A program made the position numbers and the translations under genes. This document shows, piece by piece, positions 58,477-64,000 of a stretch of 64,000 nt of DNA. The DNA comes from Thermoanaerobaculia bacterium (GTDB lineage Bacteria; Acidobacteriota; Thermoanaerobaculia; UBA5066; Gp7-AA6), in NCBI GenBank assembly GCA_036395755.1, contig DASWCZ010000069.1, positions 77,988 through 141,987 of the forward strand, read 5' to 3'. Below the pieces are notes generated by a model. It worked only from the letters and a program-made list of their open reading frames with translations, was not told where the DNA came from and ran no database searches. Within the stretch, counting starts at the first letter, position 1. The number at the start of each line of letters is the position of its first letter.

Positions 58477-59463
58477 ATGTCGACGAGAAAATTCCGCGAG
58501 CCGGAGACCCCGGCCTGGTTCTCCGACCGCCGGTTCAAGAAGGCCGACCTCCACTGCCATTCCGTCTACTCGACGTTCAAGTACTTCCGAATCGCCAACA
58601 CGCGCGACTCCTACAACCGCCCCGAGGACGTCTACCGCCTCGCCAAGCAACGCGGAATGGACTACGTCACGCTGACCGATCACGACTCGATCGACGGTTG
58701 CCTGTATCTGCTCGACAAGCACCCGGACTTGGACGACTTCTTCATCTCCGAAGAAGTGGAGACGTGGTTCCCCGACACGCGGCAACGGATCCACGTCAAC
58801 GTCTTCGCGATCGACGAAAAGCAGCACGCCGAGATCCAGCGGCGCCGGGAGAACATCTACGACCTCCACGAGTACATCCGGGACGAAAAGATTCTCGCGT
58901 CCGCGAACCACATGTTCCAGAACTACCGGATGCGCAACTCGCCGCGGCAGTACTTCGAGGAGATGCTCCGGATGTTCGACGTGTTCGAGGTCAAGAACGG
59001 GGCGATGGCGTCGCAGCACAACCGCCTGGTCGAAGACCTGATGGCGGTCGTGCGCGAGAAGCGCGGCGACGTCTCGCTCGTGGCGGGATCCGACGCCCAC
59101 ACCCTGGGGCCGCTCGCGCGCGTCTATACCGTGGCCGAGGCCGAGTCGGTTGGGGAGTTCCTCGACAAGGTCCGGTTCGGACAGTGCTTCGTGTGGGGAA
59201 GCGAGATGGGCTTGCGGGTTCTCCTCTCTGACGTGTACCGGATGGTCTTCCGGTACTACGGGAGCGTTCTCGATCTCAAGAACCCCGAGTTCACGCGCGG
59301 AGAAAAAGCGCGGCACCTCGCTCTCGCGGCCGTGGGTGCGCCTTTTTCCGCCGCCGGCGTGCCGCTCGCGATCACGTCGTTGAACTACGTCAAGCAGATC
59401 TTCGTCACCCGAAAAATCGGGCAGGAGCTCATGGAGCACCTGGAGGACCGAGAGCCGTCGTAG
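58477..59463 (+). CDS. PHP-domain metal-dependent phosphoesterase
   Basis: ADLHCHS, TLTDHDSIDG, NH, EVKNG, AGSDAH. Confidence 0.85.
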   Translation: MSTRKFREPETPAWFSDRRFKKADLHCHSVYSTFKYFRIANTRDSYNRPEDVYRLAKQRGMDYVTLTDHDSIDGCLYLLDKHPDLDDFFISEEVETWFPDTRQRIHVNVFAIDEKQHAEIQRRRENIYDLHEYIRDEKILASANHMFQNYRMRNSPRQYFEEMLRMFDVFEVKNGAMASQHNRLVEDLMAVVREKRGDVSLVAGSDAHTLGPLARVYTVAEAESVGEFLDKVRFGQCFVWGSEMGLRVLLSDVYRMVFRYYGSVLDLKNPEFTRGEKARHLALAAVGAPFSAAGVPLAITSLNYVKQIFVTRKIGQELMEHLEDREPS

Positions 59464-59532
59464 GGGTCAGGCCTGAATCGCTGAATTCGGGTCAGCGCTG
59501 AATGGCTGAATTCAGTGATTCGGCGTTGACCC
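59463..59532. repeat. REP-like family A cluster (two forward, one inverted unit)
   Basis: GGGGTCAGGCCTGAATCGCTGAATTC GGGTCAGCGCTGAATGGCTGAATTCAGTGATTCGGCGTTGACCC. Confidence 0.85.
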
Positions 59533-59546
59533 TCTAGAATCCTGGC

Positions 59547-60425
59547 GTGAAGGCCGTGCCGGTTACCGTCAACGATCTGCCCCTCGGCGCTCATCAATCC
59601 ATCGCGGGAGGAACGCCACGCGCCGTCGAGCGCGGTCTCGAGGTCGGCTGCCGGGTGCTCCAGATCTTCGTCAAGAACAGCAACCGCTGGGTGGGGCGGC
59701 CGATCGATCGGCCCGAGGCGCGCGCTTTCCGCTCCGCCGCACGTGGTGCCGGGCTCGCGCGGGTCGTGGCGCACACGTCCTACCTCATCAACCTCGCATC
59801 TCCCGTGGCGGAGCTCTCGCGCCGATCGATCGAAGCCCTGGTCGAGGAGATCGAGCGGTGCGAGCGCCTCGGGATCCCGGACCTCGTCCTGCACCCAGGC
59901 GCCCATTGCGGAGAAGGAGAATCCGCCGGGGTAGCGCGGATCGCGGCGTCGCTCGATCAAGTCTTCGAACGCACGGGCGGCGCTCACGTCCGGATCCTTC
60001 TCGAGACCGCCGCCGGACAGGGCTCCTGCGTCGGCCACCGTTTCGAGCACCTTCGGGACATCCTCGGCGCCGTCCGCACGCCTCGACGGGTCGCCGCCTG
60101 TTTCGACACCTGCCACGTTCACGCCGCGGGGTACGACATCGTGAGCGCGCGCGGCTGGGCGGAGACGATTGCCGATTTCGAACGCACCGTCGGACTTTCG
60201 CGGCTGGCGGCGATCCACGTCAACGACTCGAAGAAACCGCGCGGCTCGCGCGTCGATCGCCACGAGCACATCGGCCGCGGCACGATCGGCCGCCGGGGCT
60301 TCGTGAACCTCATGACCGACCCGCGTCTCGCGGCGATCCCCAAGTTCCTCGAGACCCCCAAGGACGAGGACGCGCTCGTGCAGGATCGAAAGAACCTGGC
60401 GGTCTTGCGCCGGCTCGCGACGTGA
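59547..60425 (+). CDS. nfo: Endonuclease IV
   Basis: GAH.SIAGG, HTSYLINLAS, HPG, ETAAGQG, DTCH, HVNDSK, DRHEHIG, ETP. Confidence 0.95.
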   Translation: MKAVPVTVNDLPLGAHQSIAGGTPRAVERGLEVGCRVLQIFVKNSNRWVGRPIDRPEARAFRSAARGAGLARVVAHTSYLINLASPVAELSRRSIEALVEEIERCERLGIPDLVLHPGAHCGEGESAGVARIAASLDQVFERTGGAHVRILLETAAGQGSCVGHRFEHLRDILGAVRTPRRVAACFDTCHVHAAGYDIVSARGWAETIADFERTVGLSRLAAIHVNDSKKPRGSRVDRHEHIGRGTIGRRGFVNLMTDPRLAAIPKFLETPKDEDALVQDRKNLAVLRRLAT

Positions 60426-60850
60426 GGAGGGCGCTCCTTCTCTCGCTCGCCGGCTCGGCCGTCCTCGCCGGGTTCTCCGTCGCCGCGCTGCCCTTCGCGC
60501 GCGGTCTCTTCCACGCGCCGCGAACGCCCTACGACGCGAGCGAGGCGACGTTCATGGTTCCCGCCTGGATCCTCCTGCAACGGGCGGCCGGGGTCGTGCC
60601 GCGCGGAGCCTCCGTCGTCGTCCGCACGGAGCCTTCCGACGCAACCAGTGACTCATACCTCCATCGTTTCGCGGTCGCGCTCCTGCCGGGCCGGAAGGTC
60701 GTCCCGGCCGCGTTGTGGAGCGTGCCGACGGACTCGGAGGTGCTGCGCGAGGCCGATTACGAGATCGTGGTCGGGAGAGCGCCTCCGACTCCGGCCGGTC
60801 GGCTCGTGCTCTCGATTCCGGAGGGAAGCGTCTGGAAGCGGGAGCGGTGA
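60422..60850 (+). CDS. Hypothetical membrane-anchored protein
   Basis: GTGA overlaps on both sides; hydrophobic N-terminus VRRALLLSLAG. Confidence 0.6.
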   Translation: MRRALLLSLAGSAVLAGFSVAALPFARGLFHAPRTPYDASEATFMVPAWILLQRAAGVVPRGASVVVRTEPSDATSDSYLHRFAVALLPGRKVVPAALWSVPTDSEVLREADYEIVVGRAPPTPAGRLVLSIPEGSVWKRER

Positions 60851-62184
60851 GAGCCGGATACCTCTGGCTCGCGTCGTTCGCCGTCTTTCCACTCGCCGGC
60901 GCGCCTTTCGTCGTGCATCCGGCGTTCCGCCGCTTCGGAAACGTCTGCCGGATCGCGCTGGCGGGAGGAGTCGGCATGGTCCTTCTCTCCGCGACGATGA
61001 CGGTCTGGGCGCTCGCCGGCTGGCGCTGGGGGCCGATCCTCGTCCTCGCGAGCGCAGCCGTCGCGTTCGCGCTCCGGAGTCTGATCCCGAAGGGGTCAGA
61101 TCCCGCGCCGCCCGAGGCGCGGTCAGGGAGGCGAGATCAGAGTCAGGCGCGTACTCTGGTATGGATCGCGCTCATCCTCACCGCGATCTCCATCTTCGCC
61201 GCGCTGGCCGCGACGCTCGCGGCGCGCTCGACCTCTCCGGACCTCCTCCTCTTCTGGGGACCGAAGGCGCAGCAGTTCGCGGCCGCCCGGACGATCGACG
61301 CCGGCTTTCTCTCCGCCCCCTACCTCGAATACTTGCACGTCTACTACCCGCCGCTCGTCACGAACGTCTTCGCGTTTGCCACAATGATCGCCGGACGATT
61401 CCCGTGGGGCGCCGCGACGCTGACGTTCCCGCTGCTGCTCGCCGCGACGGCCGTTGGACTCTTCGGGATCCTTCGGGCCGAGGCGCCCGCGCCGCCCGCG
61501 GCGGCGGCGACCGCGCTCGTGATCTGCGCCCTCGGGCTCACCGGGATCCACTCTTCGGTCGCCGGCAACGCCGAGCCGTTCCTCCTTTTCTTCGAGCTCC
61601 TCGCCGTCGCGCTCCTCGTGACGCCGGCGGCGCGATCCGAGGCGGGAAAGCTCCTCGCCGGCCTCTTCCTCGCAGGCGCCGCGGCGGCGAAGGTCGAGGG
61701 ACTTCCATTCGTCGGCGCAGTCATCGTCCTCTTTCTTCTCGTCGACCGCGACGCCGCCCGCCCGTTCGCGCGATCGGCGCTCCTCCTCCTGGCTCCGACG
61801 ATCGTTTCGATCGGCACCTGGCTCGCCTTCGGCGCCATGCGGAAAGTCTTCTTCGGCTACAAGGGTTACGGGCGCTCGCTGGAGTTCCACTGGGACCATT
61901 TGTCCGCCGTCGCGTCCGCGATCGGAACCGCGCTGTGGAAGGCCGGGTATGTGCTCCCGTTCGCCGTACCGATCCTGGTACTCCTAACGATCCGGCCGAA
62001 AGGCCGCCGCGCCGTTCTGCCGCTCGGGGTCGCCGCGGCGCTTTCGGTCTTCCTCCTGCTGACCTACCTCCAGAGCCCGCGGGATCCCCGGCTCTGGATC
62101 GCGTGGTCGGCGGCGCGGACGTTTTCGCCGGTCACCGCGATGATCGCCCTCGCTTCCTTCCGCGGGAGAGGAGAATCGCACTGA
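60847..62184 (+). CDS. Polytopic membrane protein, GT-C/PMT-like
   Basis: ~12 TM; D...FWGPKA, YYPPL, AKVEG. Confidence 0.6.
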   Translation: MRAGYLWLASFAVFPLAGAPFVVHPAFRRFGNVCRIALAGGVGMVLLSATMTVWALAGWRWGPILVLASAAVAFALRSLIPKGSDPAPPEARSGRRDQSQARTLVWIALILTAISIFAALAATLAARSTSPDLLLFWGPKAQQFAAARTIDAGFLSAPYLEYLHVYYPPLVTNVFAFATMIAGRFPWGAATLTFPLLLAATAVGLFGILRAEAPAPPAAAATALVICALGLTGIHSSVAGNAEPFLLFFELLAVALLVTPAARSEAGKLLAGLFLAGAAAAKVEGLPFVGAVIVLFLLVDRDAARPFARSALLLLAPTIVSIGTWLAFGAMRKVFFGYKGYGRSLEFHWDHLSAVASAIGTALWKAGYVLPFAVPILVLLTIRPKGRRAVLPLGVAAALSVFLLLTYLQSPRDPRLWIAWSAARTFSPVTAMIALASFRGRGESH

Positions 62185-64000
62185 CGGCGCAGGCGGCGAG
62201 AGTTCCGGCGGTGACAGCCAGGCCCGCGGCGAAGCCGTCCGGCCAGTACCGCAGTACGGCGGCATGTCTCCCCGGCGGAACGCGGAAGGCGAGAAACGCA
62301 CGGTTATAGGTCGCAAGCGTCGACCGGCGTCCGTCGATCCGGAGCTTCCAGCCGGGCCAGCGCGTTACGGACGTCCCGACGGTCGCTCCTCCCGCCCCGG
62401 CCTCGACCGAGAGAGCGAGGCGGTCCGGCCGGTACGATTCGATGTGGACGCGCGCTTCGCCGTTCTCGACCCATCTTCCCGCAAGGGCACTGTCCGATCC
62501 GGAGACCTCGACGACGCCAAACGCGGCGAAGTCCTGGATCTGTTCGAGCGATCCGCGAGCTCCCTCCTCCGACGCCTCGTAGCGCAGGCGCCGGGGCACG
62601 AACGCGCGCTCGAACGCGCCCGGGTTCTCGAGCAAACGGGTTCCGTCCCCCACCGCGCGCTCGATCCAGCCCGGCGGAACCCGGCGGTCGGCGGGAGCGA
62701 GCACCCACCGGACGTTCAGGAAAGAGAGGAAGGGCCGCGTCGGGTCCTCCACGCGGTTGAACCAGACCGGCTGCGGCACGCACCACAACGGAAAGGTCTC
62801 GTAGAGCGGCGCGAACGTCATCGCCTCGTATCCGCGTACGTCCTCGAGCTCGTAGAGCGCCGAAACGTTCGGGACGAACGTGAAGCCGACCGCCGTGAAC
62901 CGGTAGGGGGCATCGCGCGGAATCGGTTTCAGGACTTCCAGGTCGGGATAGAAGGCGCGGGAGGGAAACGTCGGGTACACGCGGCCGGCTTCCAGGCCCC
63001 GCTCCGCGATCAGAAGGACGAGCGCAACGGCGGGAAGGCACGGAGCGAATCGTCTCCGGGCGACTGCGACGGCAACCGTCACCGCGAGCAGGACGAGCGG
63101 CACGATCTGAAGCAGCAAGCGGCTCTCGAGAAAATCCTTTTCTACGTCGAGCCGGAGAAGCATCGGCCGAGCCTGGAAAAAGAGCAGGGCGACCGCGGCC
63201 GCCGTCGCGATCGCGGCCGCGAGCGCCGTTCCGAGCTTTTCTCCGCGGCGAATTCGCTCGGCGCCGACCGCCGCGAGCGCCGAAAGAGAGAGCGCTGCGA
63301 GGAACACCGTCCGCTCGTTCAACGCGATGTCGAAGAAAGGAAGCCGCGCCACGGCGTCCGCGACGATCGGCAGCCGCGCCCAGAGCGCCGCGCCGAGGAA
63401 CCCGAAGACCAGGAACGGCCACTTCTCGCGCTGCGCGGACAAGAGACCGACGAGGGCGAGCGGGAAAAGAATCGCCCCGGCATACGCTGCGGGCTCTCCG
63501 AAGCCGATCGCGGTCCTTCCTTTTCCGGAGACTCCGAGCGCATAGGGCACGACGTCGGGAATGGAGCGCCGTAGGCTCTCCGCGAAGCTCACGGAACGAT
63601 CGCTGTGCGCGTACGAGACGGATCGGATCGCGTGTTCCTGGGTGTGCGGGAGCGCTTCGATGAGCGGCAGCAGCAGGACGGCGGAGAGTCCGAGCGTGAT
63701 CGCACCGGCCAGGAGGGCAAGACGCAGGGAGCGCGGCCTCCTGCCGCGACCGGCAAAGGAGAGCTCGAAAAGAAAGAAGATTCCGGCCGCCGACACGGCG
63801 AAGAGGAGCGTCTCCGGATGGCCGGACGCCACGATGAGAAGGAGTGCGACGACGGTCAGGACGAGCGCTCGCCGACAGGGCTCGAACGCGAGCCGGCGCA
63901 CGCCGAGCAGGAGCAACGGAAACGGAGCGGACGCGGACGTGTGCTGCCACCCGGCGAAGAAGACCTGGTAGTCGCAGAACGCCCACCCCGCCGCGCCCAG
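62132..64000 (-). CDS. YfhO-family membrane protein (GT-C-like); 5' end outside window
   Basis: SGHPET, LLLP..E, EDVRGYEAM, FLNVRW, WPGWK...DG, VPPGRH..VLRY. Confidence 0.75.
   Translation of the reverse strand: MGAAGWAFCDYQVFFAGWQHTSASAPFPLLLLGVRRLAFEPCRRALVLTVVALLLIVASGHPETLLFAVSAAGIFFLFELSFAGRGRRPRSLRLALLAGAITLGLSAVLLLPLIEALPHTQEHAIRSVSYAHSDRSVSFAESLRRSIPDVVPYALGVSGKGRTAIGFGEPAAYAGAILFPLALVGLLSAQREKWPFLVFGFLGAALWARLPIVADAVARLPFFDIALNERTVFLAALSLSALAAVGAERIRRGEKLGTALAAAIATAAAVALLFFQARPMLLRLDVEKDFLESRLLLQIVPLVLLAVTVAVAVARRRFAPCLPAVALVLLIAERGLEAGRVYPTFPSRAFYPDLEVLKPIPRDAPYRFTAVGFTFVPNVSALYELEDVRGYEAMTFAPLYETFPLWCVPQPVWFNRVEDPTRPFLSFLNVRWVLAPADRRVPPGWIERAVGDGTRLLENPGAFERAFVPRRLRYEASEEGARGSLEQIQDFAAFGVVEVSGSDSALAGRWVENGEARVHIESYRPDRLALSVEAGAGGATVGTSVTRWPGWKLRIDGRRSTLATYNRAFLAFRVPPGRHAAVLRYWPDGFAAGLAVTAGTLAACAVSAILLSRGRKRGRSSR

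Overview
High-GC bacterial chromosome segment. Gene content (PASTA-rpe-bamD block, TIGR03960-type radical SAM, Tes-like radical SAM) suggests Acidobacteriota; that assignment is inference only. About 60 CDS: mostly housekeeping and envelope genes, a type IV minor-pilin/PilY1 cluster, an ECF sigma/RskA-DUF4331-ferritin module and an osmoprotectant ABC transporter. Features missed by the ORF track: (i) a REP-associated HUH (Y1) transposase (RAYT) running off the left edge, with a DnaA-like C-terminal HTH; (ii) two families of GGGTCA-ended REP-like repeats at six loci, one pair forming a 44-bp inverted repeat around the ABC substrate-binding gene, which points opposite to its permease/ATPase partners; (iii) a sigma54 promoter, short structured RNA and terminator between two convergent genes (candidate new sRNA); (iv) three further sigma54 promoters; (v) many apparently leaderless genes. 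A tetraether-lipid-synthase (Tes/MJ0619)-like radical SAM gene is also present. No rRNA, tRNA or CRISPR array was seen. Family assignments come from motif recognition by eye, not database searches.
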